A DNA stretch of 61,559 bases, filler included, from Asterionella formosa (Eukaryota), in assembly GCA_002256025.1 (NCBI GenBank). It is 9 parts of 9 records of this genome, joined end to end, with 100 filler letters (N's around TTAATTAATTAA, not from the genome) between each part and the next. Parts side by side here need not be neighbours in the genome. Positions count along the whole stretch, not along the records: positions 6,861 to 13,617 come from NKIB01012616.1; positions 13,718 to 20,472 come from NKIB01012617.1; positions 20,573 to 27,326 come from NKIB01012618.1; 6 more parts are not named here. One strand, given 5' to 3'. Of this stretch, positions 11,184 through 22,970 are shown in pieces; the stretch's first letter is position 1; every line of letters begins with the position of its first letter. The notes beneath the pieces were generated by a model. The model searched no databases. It worked only from the letters and a program-made list of their open reading frames with translations, and was not told where the DNA came from. The translations under genes were made by a program, and so were the position numbers.

Positions 11184-13101
11184 GGCAATTCCCGCTCCAG
11201 CTATCGTCTTGCCATTCGGGTACTTCTAAGTAATTTTTAGGCTCTAAGTAATTTTTATTTTAGGGCAATACGGGGCACATCGAATTTTTCGGCAATAAAG
11301 TTGCCGATTTTAGCATGACAACCAGAATAACGGTAATATGCATAGAGTTGGTACAACAAGCGTTAAACACACGAGGATGATTGTAACATCATGCAACATC
11401 AATGAAAATTGAACATAATGTTTGGAGCAACCAAAGTATGAAATGCGATGTAAAAAGTAGCATCAAATGTGAAATAGAAAAAATTGTTTTGGGTTAGAAA
11501 TGAAGTAAAAAATAAGAGTTTCAATGGAGATTTATGTATGCATTGTGACATTGTAGTACTTACACACCAGGCAACATTGACTTTCCATCACCACACAATC
11601 GAAGACCGAAAGAAGAAGAAAAAAAGCTCAACCCAATGTAGACCTGCATCGTTATTTAGCGTCAATGATCTGGTTGCTGCAACCATGCGCATCGCTGTAG
11701 TAGCCTGACACCAGTAGCAGTATTTCCGCCACAGTCATTCCTATCTGCCCAGCAAGCAAGCAACCCTGATCATTCCATTCTGAGCAAGCGTGATTGCCAC
11801 GCTGCTCCAGCACTATTGACTCTCTCTAGCTGAGTATTCATGTAGCTTCTGATACAAACTCGTAGTAGAAATGTAGCAAAGCGTGTTAGTACAAGAAAAG
11901 CATTGCTTGGCGCCAATATTGACATCATTGTCAACGACTATACAAATCAACAACGGCACAATACCAGCCACATCTTCAATGAGTAGTCATTGATAAATGC
12001 ATTGGTTCTTGTGTAGATATGTACAATCGAAACAAAACGACAGTGCGTAACGACAAACAACGATGGAAGCGACCAAAACAAACCACGGAAGCATCAAATC
12101 GGAAAGTCGATAAATACGATCTACAATCCACATTCAGTGTTTCACTGTTGTACTTACCGATCCGCTTCAACTAGCATAACAAGCAGCAGACGATGGGATA
12201 AAAGAAAGACGAACGTTGCCTATTGCAAGCCCGAATAGAGCAAAGGCAGGCAAGATAGAGTGAGAACTATATTTGTGAGGACGAAATCGGAAATACGGTA
12301 CGTAAAATCAATGAATATGTGAACGATATAATTCAACATTTCAGGTCTCGTAAAAATAATACCGAGTCTACAGAGATAATATTATTACGTGTTCAAAGTA
12401 AGCGTTAAAGCATAGCTTAAACCATGCATGGTTGTTTTTAGCACCACGTACGTATGTAGACTAGATGACTGCTGGTACCAGTAGAATATCCGTTAAGCAT
12501 CATTACATACATGACCGGAGCAAAAACTTGCCACCAACATCAGATGTATCGATATCATCGTTTGTCCAACGAAAAATGGACGATGCGACTACATGAATGC
12601 CTCGAGAAGACAAGCAATCCAACAATCAACCGCATCCGTTAGGCAAAGAATCGCTACCGGCATCATTGCGGAACTGATTTCGCTTCAAACCGGTCATGAT
12701 GGACGACGATTGGCATGGTGAAAGGTGAATTGCCGGAGTCCACTTTTCAGGAGACGAACAAAAACGAGGTGAATTCGAGATATAAATTATCAAAATCTGT
12801 AGAGTATATAAAATGGTTTCATTAAGTAGGACCCCTTGCCAATTTCGGCAATCCCAGGGCTTGACAACCGAGGGGCAATTGGCGTCTGTTGTCTTGCCGA
12901 AATGCGAACATATAAAATGCACGAAATATATATTTAATGATGGGCAATATCGGACCTTTGGCAATTTTCGAGGTGAAGATAGGAAAATACACAAAATATA
13001 TTTTATATGATGGGCAATAGTAGACTAAAATTGACATTTATGCTAAATTTGTGGCCACTAGGTAAGCGAATGAGGCGACGATAGCTAGAGCGGGAATTGC
13101 C
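11184..13101. mobile_element. Non-autonomous TIR DNA transposon (1.9 kb, about 35-bp TIRs)
   Basis: Left GGCAATTCCCGCTCCAGCTATCGTCTTGCCATTCG versus reverse complement of right GGCAATTCCCGCTCTAGCTATCGTCGCCTCATTCG (24 of first 25 identical). GGCAAT/TTGCC motifs cluster near both ends. No coding capacity recognised. Confidence 0.75.
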
Positions 13102-13617
13102 TCAACAATACCCTTCTCGGCGGCTACTTGCCTTCTCGTATACATGTGCACTCGCAGGCAGAGACCACCTCGGGCGTGTATTGCCTTCAGCACAAACAAA
13201 AGATTTAGATGATATTGTCCATGTTTATTTTCATAAGTACCACTACGTGACACAAGGCTTCTGTCACAGCCAAAAAAAATTCATCAACCAAGGAAGAATA
13301 CTGGGTAGATCATACGCTGGATTGATATATAGGTGCCCCTGGTACCTGTTACCTGGTATACCCCATCCCGCATACCAGTACGTGAACCGGTATTATGATA
13401 ATCTGGTATAGGCATATGACCCGTTTGTTGGTTCTTCAACTGAAAAGTACAGTATAATCAATATTACTTTTTCATTTCCCCGCAACAATTGCCACGTATA
13501 CATCGAGTCCAGACGAGAGGCAGAGACGGATCAAAGAGGAGATGGAAAGCTCCGAGCGAAGAAGCCGTGAGGTAGATACTGACCCTCGGAGCAGTGACGA
13601 AATCTCACCACTGGCTT

Positions 13618-13717
13618 NNNNNNNNNNNNNNNNNNNNNNNNNNNNNNNNNNNNNNNNNNNNTTAATTAATTAANNNNNNNNNNNNNNNNNNNNNNNNNNN
13701 NNNNNNNNNNNNNNNNN
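13618..13717. other. Artificial contig linker
   Basis: N44-TTAATTAATTAA-N44. Confidence 0.99.
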
Positions 13718-13758
13718 CACACAAACGTTACCTAAGTACTCTCCCAACTATTATTAGT

Positions 13759-14460
13759 ATGAAGGTGTTACTATTCGCCATTCTCGCTTCGGTCACTGCC
13801 TCGTTCGCATCTGGCCTACTGCAAAGAGCCGGCAAGAAGTCAAGCGCGGCCAGCGAAGCACTCAAGGTCTTCAAGACAAAGTTCTCCGACCGGACACCTG
13901 TAAAAGCGGCTGCATGGAGGAAGATCGGGATGCCCTACCGCGACATTGATGGCACTACCTATAAGATAACCAAAACTGGGGAGCTCTCCAAGAGACTTAC
14001 AGACATTTCCGACAAGGATGCTCTTGCCTCCTTCGATGAGCTTGCCAAGCTGTATGGAGCGGAGGAAGCCCTGGGAATGGTCAAAACGATGCCTATCATA
14101 CTTGCCTTCAACAGGAAAGAGTTTGCTGGGTGCCGGAAGGAATGGAAAGAAATTTTTGGAGACGAGGAGAGTAAGGCCATGGTAATTCGAAATCCTGGTT
14201 TGCTCGCAGTAAGAGCATTTGAGGCAGGCAAAGCTACGGATCAGACAATGACATTTTCCTACATAGTTGCTGCCACGCGTCCCGCTGGAGCGTTTCTTCT
14301 TGCTGGTACATTCGCCTTGTTGCTGACTCCTTTGCTTGAGGCTGTTACCGGTATTCCAATCCGCACAACATTTCTTGCATCGTTGTCAGGAGCTGAGCCT
14401 GCTGATGTGGCCAGAACCTTGAATGCCTTGTCGATCCATTTACCCAGTTCAAATAAATAG
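13759..14460 (+). CDS. Probable plastid-targeted protein of unknown function with C-terminal hydrophobic segment
   Basis: Signal peptide with an ASAF-like site (VTASFAS). Helical segments MVKTMPIILAF and MVIRNPGLLAV. TM-like AGAFLLAGTFALLLTPLL. Confidence 0.75.
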   Translation: MKVLLFAILASVTASFASGLLQRAGKKSSAASEALKVFKTKFSDRTPVKAAAWRKIGMPYRDIDGTTYKITKTGELSKRLTDISDKDALASFDELAKLYGAEEALGMVKTMPIILAFNRKEFAGCRKEWKEIFGDEESKAMVIRNPGLLAVRAFEAGKATDQTMTFSYIVAATRPAGAFLLAGTFALLLTPLLEAVTGIPIRTTFLASLSGAEPADVARTLNALSIHLPSSNK

Positions 14461-15265
14461 ACTATGGCGAGTAATCTAGTGCAACTGTAATCAAGAGGCA
14501 ATAGTCTGCACATATGATCAAGAACCGAAGCACCTACCCGGTATCTGAAGTAGGAAGTAGTTCTTTCCGCCTTTTTTACATCCACGTGACCAAAAATACC
14601 GTTAGTGGTATTCGAGTACCATATCACAAAAGTGAAATAAACACCTCAACCTATATACATATATTCGTTAGGAAATACCGGTATGCTTTCGTTAGAATCG
14701 AGAATCAGGACATCAAGCCCCGGTGATTATTCCTGTACTTTGGGAAAACAATTCAACAATTTTTTGCTCATGTCGAGAGGGAACTGGGGCACCCTTCGGG
14801 CATCATGCGAGGCACTAAATGATGAGTTCTGACACCCTGTTTGGTGTCGAAAATATAAAATATGCATATAACGGTATGTTGGCACGATAACAATAGTAAA
14901 CTTAGTAGTGTACCGGTAGGGACTGAAAACGAATGGTCTCTTCAGCAAATCAGGTGCTTTTCGTTTTGAGATGATTGGCATACCACTTTAACTTCCTTCA
15001 TCCACAATATGATAAGCTTCGCAGCCGTAAGTTAGATAATTTAATAGTAACTATTAAGCCACACACTCAAAGCAGGAAACGACATCGACTTTTTGTGAAT
15101 CCCATAAAACCGAAAATAGTGCGAAGGGTTCTCATTTATTTTCCGAGACCCGGCCAAATACGATCCGGGGAATCAACAAATGGAGGCTCTTTCAAACATT
15201 TAACATTGTTTTGGGTATATATACATATATTATAAATTTTTTTCAAACGCAGGTAAATACGAGCA

Positions 15266-16027
15266 ATGAAATCATTCGTCACTTCTGTCCTTTCCCTTGT
15301 CCTCCTCCTCGGTGTGACCAGTGCCTTCTTGTCGGCATTCATTGCCACTAAAGGAACAAAATCAACGATGCAGACTGCTCCTCTGTTTGGATATGTCCCT
15401 GATGGCTTCACTGAGGAATCTTACTCCAAATTCAAAGAAGATGAAAAGAAGAAGAAAAAAGTAACAAATTTAGGTCATATCGGACCCCGTGGGTTCCAGT
15501 CGCGTTCGTTACGAAGCTTTCATGAGGCGTTGAACACTGGAGAAGCTTCTCATCTGTTTCCCGCGACAGATTCGAAGAAAAGACTCGCCAAGAAAGAAAT
15601 TAAACACGATGACATTCCCGTAAGTAGAGCAATGACGGATCGTGACCTTTGTTGTGCGGATGTTTGCTCATTCAGTTTTGTTTCTTGAATAACAAATGTT
15701 CCTGAATGCTTTTAGTACATGCAACGAGGGGGTGCTTGGGACAATTCGGATATAAAGGGATCCAAGAATCAGAAGAAGTGGCGTGATTCTGACAAGGAGT
15801 ATGAAGCAGATGGATCGAAGAAGCAAAATAGTGCATCCATCTTAGGGTGGGGAGTTGGACTGGATTGGACCGGAACTCAAAAGTCCGCAAGCGCATCCCC
15901 AGCCGCCAAGTTTGGTCGCAATTACAAACCTCCAAATGTGAACGAAATCGCGAAGGAGGAAGATCGCTATGCTGACATTAAAAAAGACTCGGCGGTTAAA
16001 AAGCATAAATTGTTTGGTCTCTTTTGA
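15266..16027 (+). CDS. Two-exon plastid-targeted protein of unknown function (exons 15266-15619, 15716-16027)
   Basis: Signal peptide plus SAF motif. A phase-0 intron GTAAGT...TTTAG at 15620-15715 joins HDDIP to YMQRGGAWDNSD. Confidence 0.85.
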
Positions 16028-16280
16028 TCATGCAAAAAAAGTGCCGAAGTGAGGCGGCAACTGGCGAACCTGAAAACGTGCACATACACAAAATGATGCT
16101 GTTGAATAGGACAAATCATACATAGTAGCATATGCATACAGTATACGCAATAGAATCAACCATGAATATGAATCAGGCAGCATTCGTAATGAAAGTACAT
16201 GTTAGAAATTGTCCACATAGTAGCAAAGTGTGCAACTCTGTCAAGCTGCAAACTCCCATGCATATTTTGAGTTCGCATGC

Positions 16281-17501
16281 TCACACATTCGACCGAACTA
16301 AGGGCATTGGCATTTGCTGAGTCACACAATGAATGTTTCCTCCACCGAGCAAAATCTCTCGGCTGGGTACTCCAATAATTTTGTGATTAGGAAACGCGGA
16401 TTGAAGCGTGCTGATAGCATCACCATCGGACGGCTCTACTCCAAATTGAGGCACAATGATAGCCTTGTTGGCTATATAGAAATTCACGTAACTTGCAGCC
16501 AACCTCTCTCCTATTTGTCGTTCCGATGTTCCATCCTTGATGTTGATAGATTGCACTTCTTCTTGGGTATAGCGTAGAGGAGGGGGAAGATACAGTTTCT
16601 GAACAGTCAAAGTTCGTCCATTGGCGTCAGTCTCGTGGCTGAGGTATTCCATGGCTTGTCGGCACCTGTCATAGTTCTCTGGGTCCCTCTCGCAATCATC
16701 AGTCCAGCTTAAAATAATTTCCCCTGGTCTGACAAAACATGCCATGTTGTCAATGTGACCATTGGTATCTTCGTCATAAGCTAGGCCTAGAGGAAGCCAC
16801 AACATTTTGGTGCACCCCAATGCTGTCAGTACTGTGATTTCAATTTGTTCCTTAGTCATGTCTGGGTTTCGATTTACGTTCAATAAACATTCCGCAGTAG
16901 TCAAACAAGTTCCTTCTCCATCCACATGAATGGACCCCCCTTCGAGAACTATGGGGACATGCGCTATGTGAATAGGAACAGAGTATTTGTCAGCTATAGC
17001 TCGACACATGGTGCTGGCAACCTTCTTATCCAAGTCACATGGCCAATAAGTCCCAAGAGCGGGGCCTCCGTATCCATTAAATTGCCAATCTATGGCAATC
17101 AGGCGAGATTCGTCGTCTTCGTCCAGCACAAACGTCGGGCCAGTATCTCGCGCCCAGGTATCGTTGCTACTGCACTCCATCACATGAATTCGTGGTTCGT
17201 CTCGAAACTTTTCCGTCACAGCATTCATGGCAACATGATCCAGTGGTGAACAAAAGAGGATCACGTCTTCGTCGCCATGATGCACAATCGCCTTTGAGAT
17301 GGCATCGATCTCCAACTGAGCATATTGGCACTGTTGTCGAAAGACGGCAGTGTTGTGTGGATACAAGATCAAGCAAGCCTCATGGCGACGGGCCTTGCTG
17401 GTCCATTCAGCGGGCATGCGCCATTTAGCAGGAGAATTAGTTCTATTACTATTACTATTACTAGTAGTAATAGAAGTTGATGGAGTGCCAATGAGGCTCA
17501 T
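16281..17501 (-). CDS. AIH: Agmatine deiminase (agmatine iminohydrolase)
   Basis: Motifs WRMPAEW, DTWARDTGP, LEGGSIHVDGEGT, DTNGHIDN, ASYVNFYIAN and catalytic GGGNIHCVTQQ. First ATG at 17501. Confidence 0.95.
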   Translation of the reverse strand: MSLIGTPSTSITTSNSNSNRTNSPAKWRMPAEWTSKARRHEACLILYPHNTAVFRQQCQYAQLEIDAISKAIVHHGDEDVILFCSPLDHVAMNAVTEKFRDEPRIHVMECSSNDTWARDTGPTFVLDEDDESRLIAIDWQFNGYGGPALGTYWPCDLDKKVASTMCRAIADKYSVPIHIAHVPIVLEGGSIHVDGEGTCLTTAECLLNVNRNPDMTKEQIEITVLTALGCTKMLWLPLGLAYDEDTNGHIDNMACFVRPGEIILSWTDDCERDPENYDRCRQAMEYLSHETDANGRTLTVQKLYLPPPLRYTQEEVQSINIKDGTSERQIGERLAASYVNFYIANKAIIVPQFGVEPSDGDAISTLQSAFPNHKIIGVPSREILLGGGNIHCVTQQMPMPLVRSNV

Positions 17502-18227
17502 GGCTCGCTGATTCAAGTGTCGTTTTGTTGTGGTTGCCTTCTAACAGGTACCGTGGTCGTCTACAACTGGTATTGTCCTTGTCATCGGATTCGGTTCTGC
17601 CATTGTGATATGTGAGCAATGTGTTATTTTTTATTCGCTCGTCTTCTTGATATCATGTCTTCTAGGGAAGAGAATACCAATACATTCGTACATGAATAGT
17701 GTATATTTTTTATTCGTCTATTTATGAATGGATATATTTTAGAAAAATCATGATTTCATCCTACGACTTTGGTATCAAAAATTTTGCTCGGCTGGGGCAG
17801 ACGTATTTGCTTCATTGCAATATCTGCGAGGTATTAGATACGTACACGAATATCCTCAAAGTTCGTACATTCCGGTACAAAAGCTATGGATATACAGGTA
17901 TACCGGTAGTGAAATTTTCTACCATCTTAGGCACCACATACCGGTACGTAAGACCACAACCATTCCTTTGTACTTGACAGATGCAAGCTTTACATACTTA
18001 TACCGGTAGTACCGGTACTGGGAGTTCTACCTGGCGACTGACCGACCGAAGCACTACAGGTACTGGTAGTTCGTTCGCCTTCCATTGGAATACCGGTAAT
18101 TGATTCCCCACAATCATTGTGGATGCAATTTCAATCCCAGAGGCTTACTAGTACTTAGTTTCGTTCCATTTCGATTCGCCCCTTCTTCCCTCAGCTCACC
18201 GTCTCAGCAACTTCAACTGCAATCATT

Positions 18228-19610
18228 ATGCCATCACCAACAACAGCAGCAACAGCTTCAGCATCGATAAGGGATGAAGAAGAGCGCCTCAGAGAGCGAT
18301 TGAAGCGCCGTCAAGAAACCCGACGGGACCACCAGCAACGAAACCCGGAAAGGGACCGACGCATGCGTCACGGCAACGCGCGACAACCGTTTTTCCGTGA
18401 TGGCCGGGATAGATACGATAACCGGCACGCGCCACGCCGCCGGTCCCGATCTCGATCTCCTGCCGGTTATCGTGAGGAAGACTCCAGGTCCTCCAATAGG
18501 TCTCGGAGCAGTCGGTCCTCACGATCCTCGTCGTATTCCAGTCGATCATCCAGGAGCCGGTCCTCGCATTCCTCCGGTGACGACTCCTCCAGGGCTGGCC
18601 GCAATGGTGCGGCGGCTGCGGCTGCTGACCCATTTACGAAGGATCAGCGCACCGTCTTTGTCTCGCAGCTTGTCATGCGCGCTCAAGAACGAGACATCAA
18701 GAAGTATTTCAAGGCGCAAGCGATCAAGGTCAATGACATCATCATGTTGCGAGACAAGCGCACTGGCCGGCACAAGGGATGCGCCTATGTGGAGCTAAGA
18801 AATCTAGATGACCTGTCCAAAGCAGTCCTCTTATCAAACATCGTACCTGACTTTCAAAAGTTTCCCTTGCTAATCATGCCCAGTCAAGCCGAAAAGAATT
18901 ATTCTGCAGCTGCCCCTGCACCGAAACAAACGACTTCGAACAAGCCACCGCAGGTCTATCTCGGCAACCTTGATGCTCGCGTCACGCAAGACCAACTTGA
19001 CACTCTTTTCAGCACTTTCGGCGATCTCGAGTCTGTCCAACTCCAAACTGACTCATCCACGGGGCTCTCTCGGGGGTTCTGCTTCTTGAGATATCACGAT
19101 GCCCGCGATGCCAATTTGGCCATTCAAACGATGGCAGGACAATTGTTGGCTGGACGACCCCTGAAGACGGGATGGGCGACGGCAGCCGTTGGGGCCTCGG
19201 CGGAGTTTCCGCCAGATGCAACGCTCAAAATCAAGGACGCTCACGCGACATTGGCAGAATTGACGGGGGATGGGTTGTTCGCGACGGCTACTGTGGATGC
19301 CACGGTTATTGGAAATGACGACACCCCAACATGTACTGTCTTGGTACACAACGTGTTTGACAAGGATGAAGAGACGGACAAGGGGTGGGAAGAAGATATT
19401 CGATTGGATTTCGAAGAGGAGTGTTCCAAGTTTGGAAAGATCATCAAAGTTGTTGTCATTGCAAATGAACCGGGTGGTAAGATTTACACAACGTTTTCAA
19501 ATACCAATGAAGCTAAAGAGTGTGCATCCAATCTTGCAGGTCGATGGTTCGACAAAAGACAATTGAGAGTAGAGTTTGTTGAGTCCATACCTGGAATTGT
19601 ACAAGAGTAG
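18228..19610 (+). CDS. RBM39: RBM39/CAPER-like splicing factor (RS domain, 2 RRMs, UHM)
   Basis: RS-rich N-terminus. RRM1 DQRTVFVSQL...RHKGCAYVE. RRM2 VYLGNL...SRGFCFLRY. UHM VHNVFDKDEE...DIRLDFEEECSKFG...LAGRWFDKRQL. Confidence 0.93.
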   Translation: MPSPTTAATASASIRDEEERLRERLKRRQETRRDHQQRNPERDRRMRHGNARQPFFRDGRDRYDNRHAPRRRSRSRSPAGYREEDSRSSNRSRSSRSSRSSSYSSRSSRSRSSHSSGDDSSRAGRNGAAAAAADPFTKDQRTVFVSQLVMRAQERDIKKYFKAQAIKVNDIIMLRDKRTGRHKGCAYVELRNLDDLSKAVLLSNIVPDFQKFPLLIMPSQAEKNYSAAAPAPKQTTSNKPPQVYLGNLDARVTQDQLDTLFSTFGDLESVQLQTDSSTGLSRGFCFLRYHDARDANLAIQTMAGQLLAGRPLKTGWATAAVGASAEFPPDATLKIKDAHATLAELTGDGLFATATVDATVIGNDDTPTCTVLVHNVFDKDEETDKGWEEDIRLDFEEECSKFGKIIKVVVIANEPGGKIYTTFSNTNEAKECASNLAGRWFDKRQLRVEFVESIPGIVQE

Positions 19611-20472
19611 ACCGAGACAGGCTTTAGGTAGAAGCGACTACGGATCGAAGGTGACAATACGTTCATGGTGAGGGAATAGGTGGGAACGCATGCAAATACC
19701 GAACATTCTTGTCTTTTCCTTGTGTTCAACCTTGCAGGTGGTTTGACTGGGAAAGGGGATACTTTTGAATGCGAAGGCTGCAAAAGGTCTGTGAATATCT
19801 AGGGCGGTGAAGATACGAAAGGAACGAGAGCGTAGACGATGGTGAGGAATCTGCTCATGTCACAAAGGACTGCCACCGAATGATGTCTCTCCCCTTTTTC
19901 TTTTCCTTTTATCGAATTTCAGGGGAACAGTTTTATTCATATTCCAAATCTTTTTTTAGGTTACAAGCAACACGGTTTGAGAAGTGCTGTGCACTGAATC
20001 ATTCTGGTATATTTCTTAAATGGTCACTGATATATTTTGTACGTTGTCTTGGTTGATTCTGTTTTATACCTCACACTTCATGAATTGAGGTATTGAACTT
20101 TAGGAATGTTTCTTTCATTATCAGCATTGCCTGCAGATAGCAAAAGTAAATGATTTATAATTTAATTGCAGTCAATTCAATAATGTTTATCCTTTTTGAG
20201 CATTACTAGTAGTCAATTCACTTGTTCAAATAAAATAATGGGTCTCATAAGTGAGTGAATCTCAACAAATGCTACTACCAAGAAGTTCAATGGTGATGAG
20301 AATGGCTGGTGAGCTTTGTTAAAAAGTGTTTGCCATGATCATACAGATGCCCTTTTCTACCATACCAACACTGCTCACACCACATGGCCATTAGAGTGTA
20401 CTTTTTTGATTTTGGTGAACTTGAAAGTGTAAAAGGCGAACAGCAAATCAAATAGTTGCAGCATGTGGAGGC

Positions 20473-20572
20473 NNNNNNNNNNNNNNNNNNNNNNNNNNNN
20501 NNNNNNNNNNNNNNNNTTAATTAATTAANNNNNNNNNNNNNNNNNNNNNNNNNNNNNNNNNNNNNNNNNNNN
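20473..20572. other. Artificial contig linker
   Basis: N44-TTAATTAATTAA-N44. Confidence 0.99.
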
Positions 20573-20716
20573 ATCGTTGGGTGGCTCCAATGCAATCTTC
20601 AGGTTTGATACGACGGGGAGAGTCTTCAATTCTCCGCGAAAGGTCGGCAGAGTTGAGAACGCGGCTGAAATCCGGCACCCAATTGCCAAAGCTATTGATG
20701 CGCCATGGAATCTCAT
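20573..20716 (-). CDS. 5' end of a plastid-targeted protein, truncated by contig end
   Basis: MRFHGASIALAIGCRISAAFST gives a signal peptide plus AAF cleavage motif, open to the gap. Confidence 0.6.
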
Positions 20717-21379
20717 GGTGGCGCTTCCTTGAAGAACAGAATATTAATCAAAAGTATAGCCTATCTTTTCAATCAACGTTGGTTGTGTGATGTACTACAT
20801 ACATGATTGATATTTGTATGTATGTAGAACCGGTCGGTGGAGCCTGCTGGTAGTTGTTTATACATAGGGATTCGGGTACCGGTATATCTTATAAACCGTA
20901 GCACCGTATGTATATATACGAATATTTTCAAACAAATCTGTTGAACCAATGTATGATTGTGTAGTATTACCGAACAATTTTATACACCAATAATGGCATT
21001 ACGCATTCATTCCAGCTGTGCTAAAGTCTTCGTAGACAAGGCAATGTAGACAGCAATGTTTGGCTTCCATTTTTAATTGTGAGCTCATCAAACTAGAAAT
21101 CGATTTACAATTGATTCAGCTCCACTTGTTTCAGAACAGTTAGCTAGATCTTTGATCTTTTGCACAAACTTTCATATAGATAACCAAGTAATGATAATGA
21201 TCTGAAATTGATCCTCATTCAATCATTCTTTAACTTCATAACATATATAGAATATCATTTACTCATGTCATCAGCAACTCAAATGGTAACAATGTGCCTG
21301 TGAATATTTCAGTACAAATAACATTCAGTACCCTTCCAAATATTCCATCCCATCTTGTTAATTGCATGTTCATCGTCAT

Positions 21380-22340
21380 TATGTCATCTGCATCAATTAG
21401 AAAATTGTGAAGACGTCAAATGCAATACACGATAACAGGTATCAAGTCATGCTTAAACATGAGAGACCTCAACAACACTCCCCATCTTGCACACACCATA
21501 CCAAAAAACCCGGGCCCTGTTCAATATTGTTATTTCGTTCCCCCCCCCCAGAAAAAAGAATTTGAATGAATCTTTGTATGGAGCTCTTGACATAAAAAAA
21601 CTGACTAGGCCATTGTGAAAATAATCTTGAATTTGATCTATATGCTTCATCCCCTACTAACCAAAATTGTTTACCTATTTCATCAGCTGTTGACTGTCAA
21701 AACAACCAATAATGTTGTGACAGTTTAGGTAAGTGAAATGTAGTTGATTCATGTGTACTGCCTGGAGACTCCATAGAAATCCAAATGAAGCGGCAATCAC
21801 CACCAGGAATGGCCTGTAAGTTAAAAGATGCAAATCCTTTTTGTTTTTATATGACAATGATGATGAACATTCGTTTTTCTGGGTTGCCGAACACTAATGG
21901 AAGAACCATCAATAGCCCCAACACAACAATGGAATTCATGACGCTTTGTTCTGACTTTATCCATTTTATGAGAAGCACATTGCAGCTTGGCAAGGCTCTC
22001 TGGGAATATAATTTCGTCAGGAATTTATGTATTTACAACAGCTATTAACTTCCCATGTGTCCTGTACAGCATGGAAGTAGTACCAACATTATAACCCCAA
22101 CATGCATCGATGTACTATGTTGAACCTCCAAAAATGCGAAGCGACAAAGACATAATTTCATCAATGTAAAGTGTCCGCCTGTTGCTTTTTCTTCCAGAAG
22201 CACGGCTCATTCTTTTGTCCAATTTTGAAGCAAGCCCTGGACCAATGAGGTTACTCAATGAATCATCAGCATATTGAGACATTCGAAATATTGCATGGAA
22301 AGTGACAGCATCCAGCATTTGGAACTTAAGCATGATTTGG
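21380..22340 (-). pseudogene. Decayed HARBI1/DDE_Tnp_4-type Harbinger transposase
   Basis: Colinear motifs across frames: FHAIFRMS, CCVGAIDGSSI, PGSTHES, VGDEAY, KDSFKFF, GVLLRSL...IVYCI*RLHNF. Confidence 0.8.
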
Positions 22341-22970
22341 TTACAAAATAAGGAATAAAGTTGACCTCCTCTTTTTTGGCGATAGAATCTGCTCTTTTCC
22401 TTACTTTCTTCTGCTTCGGTGCCTCTTTCAATTTTAGCTGTTATTGTGTGGCAAGGGCGGCATATCCCAATAACTTTAGGAGTCTTGTTATCATTTGATA
22501 ATGACGCTTGACATGGTGATGTAAATGTTTTTTACATCTGTCATGTATGATTAAGCACTTTAATGCTGATCCCCTGCTATGTCACAGAATAACGTTTGAC
22601 TGTTGGGAGCAACAACCCAATGTCCAATTAAAATGCATGAATTCACCGCAAAACCTCCCGCTACTGACTCATTTGCGGATTATGAACAAGTTCATGATGA
22701 AAATGGGCGATCTATAATAGCATCTCCACCGCATCGACCAAATAACAAAGCCCAATTGAAAATATCAAAACACGTCACTTGGTCGAAAAATTTTGTGTAA
22801 TATATAGTCGAAATTTTCATATTTTTTCCCACCGCATCGACCAAATCCTAAAATAGTCAAATCTTGCGGCCAAAATTTTAGCAAATAGAAATAGAGCTAT
22901 AACATCTTTTTATGTGTGTCGTTGATATAACGGTACTTACTACATAGCTATATTAACACAAAATGAAACA

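Noticed and set aside
18289..19783. Overlapping alternative-frame and antisense ORFs in RBM39 (similarly in MYB, AIH and Copia pol)
   Set aside because: Shadow ORFs of GC-rich coding sequence with no recognisable motifs.
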